From Adineta vaga (Eukaryota > Animalia > Rotifera), in NCBI GenBank assembly GCA_021613535.1, contig CP075493.1, positions 10,292,001 to 10,356,000 of the forward strand: a DNA stretch of 64,000 nt. Reading direction: 5' to 3'. Positions 1 to 14,241 of this stretch are shown here, in pieces. The notes under the pieces were generated by a model. The model saw only the letters and a list, made by a program, of their open reading frames with translations. It was not told where the DNA came from and did no database searches. The position numbers and the translations under genes were made by a program. The stretch's first letter is position 1. Each line of letters starts with the position of its first letter.

Positions 1-97
1 CTGATCGTTCATAGCTATTTCCATCAGGATCAATGACAGGATCAGTCATTATTTCATGAGTTATTGGACAAATAAAACTGGATGTTACATCTGACAT
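1..97 (-). CDS. U-box domain protein, 5' end only (runs off the window start)
   Basis: Reverse complement from ATG at 97 reads MSDVTSSFICPITHEIMTDPVIDPDGNSYERS, matching the U-box consensus F-x-CPIT-x-E-I/L-M-x-DPV...G-x-S/T-YER. Not in the ORF track. Confidence 0.85.
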   Translation of the reverse strand, partial: MSDVTSSFICPITHEIMTDPVIDPDGNSYERS

Positions 98-1720
98 TTC
101 TTTATTATTGCAATAACACTATATTTAGAAGAAAAGTAAAATAGAATAAGTACCGTCAAACTGCGAAGAAATCGGTAAATATATATATATATATATACGT
201 ACGCAGAATTTTGATTGACGTTAAGTAGAGAATTATTTTTGTTCTTTTCCCTTTTCTTCACATTTGAATACTTGTCATGAAACAACAATTGACGTAGAAT
301 GACGAAGAAAATAATTATAGGGCAAAAAAATATGATGTCATTCAATATTTATGTTACTAAGTGACGATTTTCTTTTCAACACTATAATGAAATATTCACG
401 TGCAACAAATTTGATTTGTTTTGTATTTAGAACTAATCTTTTATTTCATTTCAAACTACATCTGCCACTTTGAAATGAATTTCCGCAAAAACATCAAACA
501 ATTGATTAATCATATTTTATTAACGAGAAGAAACAATTGTAGTTTCATTTCTTTGCACTGATTAATGATTACTAACGAAATACTGATCATATTCCGATAT
601 GAGGTAGGAGCGAGAGTGCTGTTTTTGATTGTAATATATAAAAAGTAAAATTCTTTTCCCATAAGAATTGTTTCCTATTTTGTTCGACTGACTTTTTAAC
701 AATTTCAAATGTATCTTAGATCCATATCATACGCAGGATCGTATGTCTCTTTTTTCTTTTGTTCATTTATAAATATTACTAGAAAAAAATATCTGTTTCC
801 TCAGATTGTATTAGGCAGTTGAAGTAGTTTCAAATAATTTTCCTTTGTCTACATCATTCTTCTGCTTTCTCTATATTTCTTTCAGAATATTCGTTTTATT
901 TTGAAACGATTTACGTAGACTGCTTTCCTGTAAAGAATCAGAATGTGCAGCATAAATGGTACATATTTGTCATGAATATTATCTAATATGAGCGAAACGA
1001 AATCTGCTACGTTACTTACTATGCTATTACGTTTGATTCGATCTGAATTGTTCAATGATGATTGTAGATGCTTGATATATTTCCAAGCACAGATCATCTT
1101 ATAAAACTGCTAACCATCAGCCAAGAATTCAGATTACAACCAAAAACTATAAACCGATATGTGAGGGGAGTGAGTTTATTGCATGATGAGAATGAGATGG
1201 AACACACACACATAAGTAGAAGATACTGCTTTTATATACTATCTGTGATCACATGTACATGACTCAAAGCATCCGATCCATATACACATGACTCATGAGT
1301 TATCATGGCTGAAGGCCATGAAACGATAGGATGACCAGAAATCCATGACAGGTATTTAAGAGTTTCCAAAAAAATTGATCTGGCGCTTTTTTTGTCGTTG
1401 AAACGAAAATTAAGAATGGTTGCTATCGTTTCACTCAGATATTAGATAAACAACGACAAATATTCAGTATAAGAACGCGTCCATATTTCATTCTCATAAT
1501 CATATATCTTTCTTGCCGTATTCAACTACATACATACATACATACAATCGCAGATGCTACAATAGTTACCCTATATTTATAACAAACCTTGACCATCTAT
1601 ATCCATTTTTCAAAGAAAAGAAAAAGAACCATCTCATACTGAATATTGACATGTATATTTGTACATATATGAGCTCATCTATACACCATCAGTAAACATT
1701 ACCTCGTGTGCACAACTACC

Positions 1721-1858
1721 ATACACACACACACACACACACGCATATATATATATATACATTCATTCATATGTGAACGTGATTCTTATTGAGTATTCGA
1801 TTCTCTTTTTCGCATCACAATTTTATAATATTACTCTCTCTCTCTCTCTCTCTCTCTC
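1721..1858. repeat. Microsatellite cluster (CA)n, (TA)n, (CT)n
   Basis: Dinucleotide runs visible at about 1721-1742, 1746-1758 and 1835-1858. Confidence 0.9.
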
Positions 1859-1880
1859 GTTCTTTCAATGTTCAAATGAC

Positions 1881-2833
1881 ATGGCTCAAGGTATAACCAT
1901 TACTACTTTGAAACTTAATCATTTTTCAATACCTCCCTCTTTTCGTTCCAGTTTCTATGTCTAATGACCATCATCATCATTTGTTTCAATCAATGACTGA
2001 CTTTTCTCTCTTTGATACGTATCTTGTGTATGCTTTGATTGGTACATTAATATTTATCGCATTCATCGGTGTATTAGTACTGCTAGCAGTATCATATTGT
2101 TGTTTGTACAGTTATTTTTGTTGCTATCGACGTCATCGTCATTCGTCATATCGATTAAATGATAAAGTTCACCATGAGCGTGACAATCGAGAAAACAAGT
2201 CATGTTTACAATTATATGAAACATATCCATATCTAGTCAATCAATATCCATTGAAAAATCACAATATCAATACGAGTTATACAACAATCAACACAATTGG
2301 TAATGCTAGTTTAGTTCGTACCTCCTCTTCTCAATCAGGTATGTTCAAAGATGAAACGAAGAAGAAGAAGAGACATGATATTGAATATTGAAATGAGTAT
2401 GTTTTATTGTTTAGATTATGTGAAAACAACAAATCATCATTATGAAGTTTCTCGTTGGTCAACTCCATTCAATGAGTCGTGTTCAACAGTAGACATAGAT
2501 TCGAATGATGCTAGACTTTCTCCTTGTGCCAATATCTATGAAACAGTAGTTCCGATCACGAATTTTTCTTGTTCTGTAGATCGTACTACGCCTATCTATG
2601 AAACAGAATGGACACATAATTTGAAGCAGCTGATCATGCCACGAAAACCATCGTTTGAGGTTGTACCTATATCGACAATATCATGTGGATTAGTGCCTGA
2701 TACTCATTATTTTCCACAACAACAACAACATCCGTATGACAAAGTTTTATCAGCTCGTGCAAAAGCATCTGATTCGATGCGACGAAATAAGATGCTGAAA
2801 CGACTGAGAGACGATGCTGCTTTTTTGTATTAA
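1881..2833 (+). CDS. Single-pass membrane protein with juxtamembrane Cys cluster and Tyr-motif-rich tail (orphan)
   Basis: Exons 1881-1890, 1952-2338, 2415-2833 are joined by GT-AG introns and stay in frame. TM segment YLVYALIGTLIFIAFIGVLVLLAVSY, then YCCLYSYFCCYRRHR. Tail has NIYETV, PIYETEW and PYDKV. Confidence 0.65.
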
Positions 2834-3912
2834 CAGTTCATTTAATTTTCAAGTTTTTCTTTCTTTCTTTCAATATTTACTGCTGATTGAACTAAATGAA
2901 TAAAGAAGTACAAGTGATTTTATTACAATGTAGAAGATAAAAGGTTTACTGAAAAGAAGTTTTTCTTATCGATAGGTGTACATCTCGATTTTTCTACTCT
3001 AAACTGAGTCATTGCAAATTTAATTCTTTTTGTGACTATTAATTAATAACGAAGTACTGATAATTCCAATATACGGAGGAGTTTCATTAATTATCACATT
3101 GCCATATTTTCATCATCGTAATTATCGTATATTATGATCCATGCCCAAAAGAAAAATAATTTGAAAATAAAGTTTATTCTGAATAATTATTTTTTCTTCT
3201 TTTCGCTAATTTTATTTTCGATGAAGAGTAGCATCTTAGTATAAAGGATGTCGAACAGTATTGAATTGCTCGATTGCAATTTCATTACGACGCTTTTGAT
3301 CGTAGGTCTTCTTTTGAGAGAAACCTCTAGAACAATGATTCGTAGAAATGAATTTGAATGAAACGATTTCATATTTTGAAGAAAAGACAAATGCTATGTT
3401 TCGTTCCGCAACAAGTATAGGTCAGAATAGATAAGAATACATGTAACATAAAAGACAATATCAATTAGGAACTATTACAATGACACAATCTATCGTACGC
3501 ATTCAAATCTAAATCCAAACATACAATAACAAAGATTAAGAGTTATATAATCGAGCATCAATGAATCGATTCTTCAAAACAAATTCTATTTAATCACACT
3601 GATAGATTTCATTCGTATTGTTCAATTCTCGTCTCCAATTTCTTCTTCTCTTTTACTTTACATTTTGATTACTATTGGTTATGTATTTTTTTTTCTTGAT
3701 TTCTATAATTGTATTCAACATCATCAATGTTAACCTTTCGGAGGCGATGTGGTAATAAAATCTCTTCTATACACATACATACACATGCTCTTCCTACCTA
3801 ACACCTTTGTTTTATTTCTCTCATTTGTACAATACTTGTCTGAACAATGATATAATCATTCAATTGTTCACTTTCAACTATTGATGTTATTCATCTCTGA
3901 AAAAAGCAACAA

Positions 3913-5899
3913 ATGACAACGAATTTTGCTGCTGAATTAAAACCTTCAACTGATGGAAATGTTCGTCGACGGAAAAGTATCGAATTACCATCGACAAGTA
4001 ATGTGCGTGTTATAATTCCTTTTTTTCTCTTCGTTTTTTTTTATTTGTCTTATCACTAAAATGTGTGAAGGTTATTAAAACCTCGACATTTTTCACGCAT
4101 CAACATTCGAAAGAGATAAATCTTTACATCAATTCATCCATATTATAAAACATATACATATAGATACGAATGAGTTTTTCTCCTATATCAACACCTTCGT
4201 CGAGTCTATTATCGAATCCATTTGCAAATTTACTTCGAAAACATAGTAGTTCTCATAGTACAAGCTTACGAGATGCTCGACAGAGTAGACCATCAATTGA
4301 TTCACTTTTATCAAAACCATTAACATTCCAGGAAACAATCGGCTTTTCAACATTACCCGATCAAATACATCGAAAAACTCTTAAACGAGGATTTGAATTT
4401 ACATTAATGGTTGTTGGTAAGTTTGTTTTTAATATTTGAACAAGATTTTCTTTGTAAATCAAAATCAATAGGTGAACATGGACTGGGTAAATCAACATTT
4501 ATTAATACATTATTCATGACAGAACTTTATGCGGATCGACCACTGAGTACTCGAAGTAAATCAACATTTTCAAATGATAATCAAAAGAAAATTTAAAAAA
4601 AAAAACTTTTAGTTCATCCACCAAAGACAGTTGAAATTGAAACGCGTACAGTTGAATTAGAAGAAAAAGGTGTCAAATTACGTTTAACTGTTGTTGATAC
4701 ACCAGGTTTTGGTGATGGAATGAATTCAACTGAATGGTATATTCGAAATTCTTTTTTTAATTTAAGTTTTTCGTTCCTATTCGATCGTTTAGTTGGAAAC
4801 CAATTCTTGATTTTATTGATCAACAATTTTTAAAATACTATCAAGCAGAAACAAGTTTTGGTATTGAACGAAAATATGTTCAAGATCAACGTGTTCATTG
4901 TTGTTTATATTTTCTTCCACCAAGTATACGTGGGTAAGTTTGTCTTTGGAAAAATTTCTATATTATCACTACAACAAAAAAAGATTGCGACCTGTGGATC
5001 GAGATTTTCTTCATCATTTACAACATAAAGTGAATGTTATACCTATCATTGCTAAAGCTGATACACTACTTAAAAATGAATTAATAGCATTGAAAAAACA
5101 ATTATTAAGTGATATTGATAAATATGGCGTACAACTATATGATTTTCCAGAAGGTGATCCTGAACAAGATGAAGATACGCAATCACTTGATAAAACATTA
5201 AGAGTAAAAAAACACGAATTTGATTATGATCGAGTTAATGTTCTCAATTTTCAAAATAGGAATCAATTCCATTTGCTATTATGGGTAGTAATACAACATT
5301 AGAATCGAATGGAAGAAAAGTTCGTGGTAGAGCTTATCCATGGGGTATCGTCGATGTTGAAGATCCTAAACATAGTGATTTAGCACATTTACGTGAAATG
5401 TTATGCAAGTAAGATAGAGAATGTTTAGAAAAAATGTTCAATTCAATAAATTTATTCATAGAACACATTTACAAGATTTAAAAGATGTTACAAGTGATGT
5501 TCATTATGAAAGTTATCGTGCTCAACAACTACTTGGACGAAGAAATTTAAATGATATTTATGAGTATGTAAAAGTTAAATTTCTTTTGAATAATTTAACA
5601 TTTTGATTGTATAGAGATGATCCTTATGAAAATATCGAAGTTAAATACAAATTAATTCAACAAAAAGACGATCAAGTAAGAATCAATTCACATAAATAGA
5701 TAAGTAATTTTGTCTTACATTTTTATAGATTCGTGATATGAAACAACAAATACAAGATATGCAACAAAAATTAAGTTCAAATTCGAATGAGTATCAATCA
5801 CTTACTCCAATAATTGCCACGGAAGCAACTCCGACAATTAATATTACTACTACTACTACTACTACTGCTGCTGCTGGAGAACGATCTACTAAAATTTAG
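3913..5899 (+). CDS. Septin (SEPT2/SEPT7-like), multi-exon
   Basis: Spliced product contains [40 protein letters not shown] (G1), [11 protein letters not shown] (G3), VHCCLYF, IAKAD (G4) and the septin unique element RGRAYPWG. Coiled-coil tail ends ...GERSTKI*. First exon 3913-4002 splices to 4164. Confidence 0.95.
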
Positions 5900-6544
5900 T
5901 TGAATATTTACTTCATACATATCATTTTCTTCTATTTTGTCTTGCTTCTTTGTCAGTAGATTACTTCAAAATATATATTATTCATTTCTTAATTCTTAGT
6001 TTCCATTAATTCGAATCGATCATCTGACCTTTTCTAATTGATAAGCGATTCTGCTAGATGATTTTATCGATAAATGTTTTATTAATTGAGATTAGTTTCC
6101 GATCAATGATTAATAAATGGAAGCATTCTATAATCTCGATTATCTGAAGGCAAACAGCAATGATCTGAATAAGTGACTTCATATTAATCGTTCAGTACAA
6201 ATGAAAAAGAGAGTGAACACTATATATATGTGATGACATTTTTTCGAACAAATTGAATTATATCATACTCTCATTAAAGTATCATTGAAAGATCAATTTC
6301 AATTAATACTTGATATGTATAAAAACTTTTCAATCTAAAAGATATATATTGATTTCCTTCCGTTTGTCACTTTGTATTAATTCTTTTGTTATCTTAATTC
6401 AACTCTCTATTGAGAAACAGAATAGAATTAGCCTTACTTATTGCACTACTTACAATAATTTTTTTTGTCTCCAAAGAATTTCATTTCATTCATTCATACA
6501 TCTCATCTTAATTCTTTTTTTTTCGATAAATATTTACTTATGAA

Positions 6545-9177
6545 TTATATAGGAAAGAAAAGCCCCACAGATGTTAAACAGAACAATAAACATGACGATA
6601 CAAATATCAAAGCAGAATCCACACACACACACATACATACATATGTAGACAATGTAAAAAAAAGAGAGAACTGTTCATTTCTCTTATGAAACAGCAGCAG
6701 CAGCAGTGAATTAGTAGGAGTAGCAGGAATAGTAGTGGTAGTAATAGGAGGCGGAGATACAATGGCATCATCAACAAGCACCGAAAATGTATATAAGGAA
6801 TCTCGATCATGTTCATCAACTTTGGTAATATGATTAAAATGCGATGGCTTTGATATAGCAGATTTTCTAATTTTCTTCATACGTAAGCGAAAAGAAGGTC
6901 GACGACGTTTGCTATTGAATACATCGAATAAATCAGCATTACGTGGATCACATGAAAGTTTAACAAAATATTGATGAAATTCATCTGTTGCATTTGTATC
7001 ATCAAATTTTAATGCAAGAATGGCACCTGTTTCAAGAGATTTCAAAGTTATATGACGAGATTTTGGTAAACGAACATCCGATGCACCATTCACAATAGTA
7101 TCCCAGAGAGTAAAACTTGAACCAAGTTCCGAAATAATCAAACGAATAGAACGTGCTCTATAGATAAATTCATATTGTTATTTATTCTTTTTTTTTGTAA
7201 ATCAACATACCTTTTAGGATTCATACCAGTATTGAATAACCAGATAGGGACACCTGTATAGAGTTTTTTCCAATCTTTTAAATTAGCCATTGAATCAAAA
7301 TCAGATGTAAATAATGTTGCTGTACTATGTGCAACATAGACCAACGTTCCCATACTTTTATAGAATGCGGCAATTTTTAAAATATCTTTATCACTTAAAC
7401 GAATTGATGGAGGAAATGTAATTGGTTGAAGACTTCGAATTGAATCAAATTGTCTATTTGTACAAAGAAAAATAATAATAACAACAATATATGCATGTAT
7501 TTACATGAATGATAAACTCAATTACCTGTTAATGGTTGGTATCGAACCAAATAATTGAGATTGACGATAACTAGACGAATGAAGAATTTGTTCTGAATCA
7601 CTAACATATTGTTGTGATTCAAGAAATGATTGTGGGATTGGTTGACGATATCGTCGAGCAATTGTTCGAATAGGAACTGGCTGATATCGCCATGAACCAG
7701 GCATATCAATAACATCCGTATGTGCTAAATCGAATGATGCTAAACTTGATTCATCCATTTCGCCAATTTCATTACGAATTCGTCCATCTGTTGTTCGAGT
7801 CATTTGAGGAACTGTTGCCGATCGTACGCCACTCGTCGATTCTGTAGTAGTTAATATTTGTTGCTCATCAGTTGGTTGTTGTGCGAGATAGTAATGACGT
7901 AAAGACGGTGAACCATATAAGTGATGAGGCGAGACTGGAAAAAGAAAGAGAATGAATGTAAGACAGAAAGGAAAGAAGAAAGAAAGAATCTCTTCCTTAA
8001 GATTAGGTCATAAAAAAAAGGGGAGAAGAATGTTTATATGACGACTGTCAGAAAAAGTAAGTAACAGGATATACATATATAACTATCCGGCTAATGATTG
8101 ACGAATGGTCGAAGAACCTTGTCTATGATGCAATATTGATGAGGATAATCGAATCAGAGAAAATCAGACGTCAGTAGGTGGAGATATTGAATACATTTGA
8201 TCGGAGTTAAAACATATGTCAGTTTTGTTTTTTTCCTTCTAGCCGAAAAAATAGTTACCTTGTGCAAGTGCAATATTTGGCATCGATCGAATACTAGTTG
8301 ATGGTTGATGCTGTTGATACTCATTTAAATTAAGAAATTCTTCATGCATGATCGTTGTTTCGGGTGGTCCCTCTTGCGATGGCAATTCAGGTGATTGTGC
8401 TGATGAAGGTACATGAACAAAATGAACATAAGGTGAAGGATTCGGTGTAGCTAAAAGGCCAATATGTTGATGTCCAATATCCATTACACCTTTCGTTGGT
8501 GAATCATTCTTTGCCGCCGCCGTTGTTTGAGGTGCAACATTGTGAACAGTTGATGGTGATTTTTGTGAAGTTTTCGTTGTTGATTTCGTTTTGGTATTTG
8601 TTGTTAAGACAGGTGAATTTGATGCAGACAATTGAGCAATTAACCGTTGTTCAGTTGCTTTTGGGACGATTAAAAATGTTGGTTTAAGAATATCGACAGG
8701 TCGACTAGTATTTTGATAGTAGTGATGATGTGGTGATATTGGTTGAAAATTGCTATTAATGATTGGAAATGGTTGTTGACCATTGAATTGACCATCTTCA
8801 GGACAATAATAATATGTCGGAGGCATATAATGACTTGTTGTTTTTCTTACGGTTGCATAAGCAGGATATGGTACTGTACTTGAACGAGGAAAACGTGGAT
8901 GAGTTGTATTCTGTTGTGCTTGTTGATCATTTGCGGCAGAATATTCTCCATTTTCATGAATAGCATCTAATCCCGTTTTTGACTGTTGATTCTGTGATGG
9001 AGGAGCTGAATGATGTTGTTGGTGAGATGTACTAAAAGAAGAAGATGAAGTAGGTGATCTATTGGTCAGATCAGTGAAAATGATCTGTTTATTGCCAGAT
9101 TTTTTCTTCTTTTTCATCGGTTGTTCTTTACCCTTTGTTACTCCTCCTTTAATCATCGGTTTTACTGATGCTGACAT
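6545..9177 (-). CDS. MESR3-like protein: long disordered N-terminus, WH1/EVH1-like domain, CRIB-like motif
   Basis: Exons 9177-8259, 7934-7526, 7453-7211, 7157-end join in frame. WKKLYTGVPIWLFNTG...RSIRLIISELGSSFTLWD resembles the WH1-like domain of Drosophila MESR3. KSAISKPSHFNHITKV is CRIB-like. The true stop is probably 6684-6686 (suspected 1-nt indel near 6708). Confidence 0.7.
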
Positions 9178-11490
9178 GATTCGTATGTGATATGGATGGC
9201 ACAAATAAATCTGTTACATGGTGAAGACAGAGGAGAGAAACATTCACTTTCTCCTCCCTTTTCTTTTTTTTTTCTTCGCTTTCTTCAAACATTTATATAT
9301 ATACACGGCTTTTTTGCCTTTGTTTTATGTTTTTGTATAGTCATGTAAATATGTATTGCGGTAAAAGACAGAGAGAGAACGGGAGGAAGAAATTAAAGTT
9401 ATCGTTCTTTTCTTTCTTTTTTTTGTTCTTTGCGTATCAAACTGATGAGATATCGAGCGAAAAAACTGAATAGATAAGACACATATTAATGATTGTTCTG
9501 TATTGTCCTTTTCTTCTCAAACTATTCACAAAGCATACTGAGTACCACTGTTGAGAATTATGTTAGTTTAATCCGCCTATTCGAATGTGAATAACCTTTG
9601 TCAAGGTATCATTCAATCAATCAGATAGAAATCGAGATACAGCTTTTATTATTCCGTCATTAGTTTGACGAGATTTCTCCATAGGGATTCCTCGTCTTTC
9701 ATATTACCTATTTGTTTATATTCTCTCGATATGTTTTGTTTGATCGTAATTATACAACTGTGCTATAGTCCTTGGATATTCTTCATTTTATTTTGCTTTT
9801 CCTTATAGTACAGAAACAAGATGATTGCGACAACCTACTGTTTTCTGTTTTCTATCTTCTATTTCTGTTTTAATCATTAATGAAAAACAAGTCGTTTTAT
9901 TCCTATCTGTATGATTATTATTAACTGAGCAACAATCAATAGTAGAACTGAATGCTTTAGGAACTTGTTACACAAGGTGAAGACAAAAATGGCACATCAT
10001 AAAAAAAAGCGTCTACATGATATGTTGATAGAGAGTTGTAATTAGAGTAATAGTGTGATGTCCTTTTTCTCATGTCTATCATCTTAGTGTCTGATGGAAT
10101 GCCAAGGTTATATGCATAGATAGATAGATAGATATAACGGTTGTCGACTTGTGAATGATGACGATCATCAAGGTTAAATGAATAAATAGAAATCATATTC
10201 AGTAAATTCGATGGAAATTTATTTGCTTGTCAAAACTTATTAAACGATTTGTCGTATTATTTTGTTAATGAAAGTAAAAACTTTACATCGATTTCCTTGA
10301 CTATAAAAAAAGTCATTGAAATATGTGAGAAGAAGTTCAATTTTCATTGTCAATCATATAACTTTCATTTTCTGTAATTCAATCTATGTCACTATAATTT
10401 GTTATATTCTTCTCTTCTTTGTTACATTCATGATGATGATGATGATGATCAAAAAATTGATCATTGGAATTGCTATAATCATTACAGATGTGATTTTACA
10501 GGCATATGTATAATTTTTCGAGTAAACACATATGGAATAATGACATCTATTATTTCTCCATTAATATTTCTCTTTCTTACCTCATAAAATGATACAAAGT
10601 TTTTTTTCGATAGAATATTTTTGTATCAAGATATATATATGATAAGAAAAATTTCAAGTTGGAATGAATACAATTTTGTATGATTTATATTCAATTGAAA
10701 CTATTATGTCAATGATACTGATGTAATCGTTGTTTCTCTGTCTTCTACATTCCAATAGAATATCTCTTATGCATTCTATCTCGTTTTGCCTCGAATCATT
10801 TCAATGTTATAATAAGCTTACATTCATTCCTAGATTTCCTTGAAGCAAAATCTTCTGTGAGAAACATATGCTATGATGAACAAGATTAAGGTTGATATAT
10901 AAATATATAATGGCCAATCATTTTGTTTGTATATATCATTGAAAAGATACCTGTTTTAGCTCATTCTCTTTGCAGACTATATCATTAGTATTCGACGTTT
11001 ATTGAATGTCATTTAGTATGAGGAACAACTGTTTCCGACCGTCATCTATTAATGAATGAAGAGAAAGAGAAAGAGAGAGGAAGGGGAAAAAAGAGAAATT
11101 GAGACATTTTTAGTAATACAACTATGTCCTATTGAAGAGTTATTTAGTTCCTTTTGGCACATTCACCTATTCTAAAGTGAACAGAAAAATAGACACGATC
11201 TATATAAATGACGACGAGTTCATTATATCGAATGACAGATGGAAAAGAAAAGTTTGTGTTCTTAATCACAGTGCGAAGTTATATTTCTATGACAACGAGG
11301 TAGATGTTTTCTTTTTATGACAGTGAACTAATACAATCTTGGTTGAAGAGGCACGCACGATTATTATTGAGATTTACTATTAACTTATAGAGAATCTATT
11401 TATATGTGCATTGACCCATACACACACGTATCATGAAATCAGATATTACTATTGTTCGTAAGAAAATACAAAAAAAGGAAGAAAACTTAC

Positions 11491-11783
11491 GTTCTATCAT
11501 TAATTGGATCACAACCATGAATTGTATTTCGATGAAAATGCGTTAAACGAGATATATGTTGTCTAGATGCTGGTGCTGTTATTGATTCATTATCTGTTGG
11601 AGAAATGGATGTAGATTCATGTTGTACTTCTGCCGGTGCATCTTCTTTTTCTTCTGTCGAAGGAATAGATGTTGGAGGGTCAGGTGGAGATTCTTTCGGC
11701 GCTTCCGTTTGTGTCAATGATTTCGTAGGATCTGCCGGTGGAGTAGTCTCTGCATCATCGTCAACTTCAGGAACTGTAAACAT
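11491..11783 (-). CDS. Probable upstream coding exon (acidic, Pro/Thr-rich), possibly of the MESR3-like gene
   Basis: ORF MFTVPEVDDDAETTPPADP... ends at a strong GTAAGT donor (11490). Its phase (2) does not match the phase-0 acceptor at 9210, so linkage is unresolved. Confidence 0.4.
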
Positions 11784-14241
11784 TTTTCTAAATGATCGTT
11801 GTTTGATTCAAAATAATATGCTTTTATCAAGACAACTAATTTTCATGCGTTTTTTCTCTCGCGTCTCTCTCTCTCTCTCTCGTCTCGTTCTTCTTCTCTT
11901 TCTTCTCCTTTTTTCAAACTAAACAAAGCATTTCCCTTAGGCATCTAGTCGCAATGGTGATGATGATGAGTAGTACGTGGTAAAAAGAAGACGTTCGCTA
12001 CTAACCGGAAATACGTTTTTCTCCTTCTTCTTCTTCGTCTTCGTCTTCTTTTTTTTTGATTCTTCTTTAGTAATGTCAATATGTTGAAGAGAAGTACAGG
12101 GAGAAAGAGAGAAAGAGAGGAGAGAGAAAGGAGAAAGTGACGTACGACTCAACGTCTCTTGTCTATTGCACATGCGCACGCACTAATCAAACGAGTCTAA
12201 TTTATAGTCGTTGCGTTTTTGACGATACTTGGACATGGTGTACATACACATACACATATATACATAGAAAGAAAAAAAACCGAGAATATAAAGATAGAAG
12301 AAGAGCTCTCCAGGGTGCAGACAAACTTCTGATAAATTATTTCTTTCGGTCTTGTCTTTTTTTTTCAATAATATGAAACACACTAGTAACCAATCTCATA
12401 AGCAAATATAAATATAGTGGTACTCTCGGGCGAACAAGTCAAACAAGGAAGTTCTAATAAAAATATATAAGAGTTCAACAGCGTCAATCTACTTAGTATT
12501 AATACTTACAACATCAATCCGATCAAGGCAAGAACAAATTGGATACAAGAAAGAGAAATGTTTATATATAGAACTAACCTGTTCTTTTAGCAATTATATA
12601 TATATATTTCCTTCGAACTTCAGCCAAGACGATAGAGAAGAAAAATGTAATAGAAATAAATCTGAAATATACACTAGACATGTTTGGAATAATAATTTTT
12701 CTAGTATATATTGTCGATTAAATGAACGCATGATTTGTCATTTGATTAGAAGAGAGAGAGAGAGAATTCATCACTTACTAGTTCTATTCTGATGATCTAT
12801 TGAACTTTTATTAGTAGGGCAAAAGAGTATTTATATTATGTTTTGCATCTAATTCAACTTAAGATAATTTATTTGATAGAAATTCAATTGATTTTCAAAG
12901 ATATGATTACATAATTTGATACTAAATTAAGATAATTAAATAATCGAAAGAACTATTTTATTGCGTACGTGCTATGTTCATTATTGCCTATAATACATAC
13001 AGAAAATGAATGCTGCTTATGAATAGTCTATATATGTTAATAAACTACAAAATGAAATCAGGATATATTTTTTTGACCTTGAGATATAAATAACTTTTCT
13101 CGTGAAATCAATTAGTTTTAGAAGTATTAAAAGAAAAAAATATTGACTAAATGAAAAACAACGTTTGGTAAATGAAGCATTGACTTGGACATAAACATTG
13201 ATTTACAACAATCTTATCCGAAATACACCCGAAATGAGATTCAATTATAGATAGAAACAGTTGAAAACGACGATGATTTATTAGGGAAAGTGTTTAGACA
13301 GAGAATACTTAAAGCTTTCGTCCGGAAATGTTTTTTTGTCGGTGTTAAACAGTCACGAGAAGAATAAAATAACACTGTCTAGTGGCAAACGGACGTTAAC
13401 GAAGTATTCAATAGAAAAAGAAAACAAACTATATGTATAGATGAAATTCTAGAAGATCAATTCTGAGGACGATTGAAAAAAAATATTTTTCGGAAGCGAT
13501 CAAAGATTTCCTCTTGAATATCAATCTAGATCGGCTTCATCAAAACAGTATACTTCAGTATTTTCTTTTCTAACCTAAATATGGTGCCTCCAATTACTTA
13601 CCAAAATTGACAACTGTTGAAAAATATTTCTTTTCATTTTTTTCTTTCTATATTTTAATAAATCTCATGTCAATATATATATATATATACTTATCGATCG
13701 TATGAATACGATGAATTGTATTGATAGAAAGAAATACTACTCACGATATCGACATGCTGTAAGATGCGAGGTGAAGTATTGATACAGTTAATAAAATACT
13801 TAATAAATAATGAATTTTGATAGTTTTTTTGTTAAATGTTGATCGATAATAATTCGTTGAATACTTGTTATACAAAAATCCTTGTATTTAAGTATTTTTT
13901 TACTAACGTTTAATGGACTGTTATTGATTCTGACGCGTATATGTCTGGTTTTTGAGAATCTAGATGTCGCTAGTCAATAATCATCAACAACACGGCTTTC
14001 ATCATTGATTGATACATTTCATTTATAGATATGAATAAATATCGTTTCTCATCCTTTTCATCTTTGATTTCAATCATGAATTGTGTTATTTTCCGATTAT
14101 TCATTTATGTTATGAAATCATTGGATTTTCTATTTAACCAATAACTATTTCCCGAGAGAATATAATGAGATGAGAGGAGAGGACTCCGTCAAATCATTTC
14201 TGCTAGTACTACTAGTTGGCATTTCTCTGGATTATTTTTAG

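Noticed and set aside
9421-9470. Hammerhead-like core CTGATGAG...CGAAA
   Set aside because: Only a 4-bp AT-rich stem I, a 1-bp stem II and about 2 bp of stem III can form. Single copy with no retroelement context, so likely chance.
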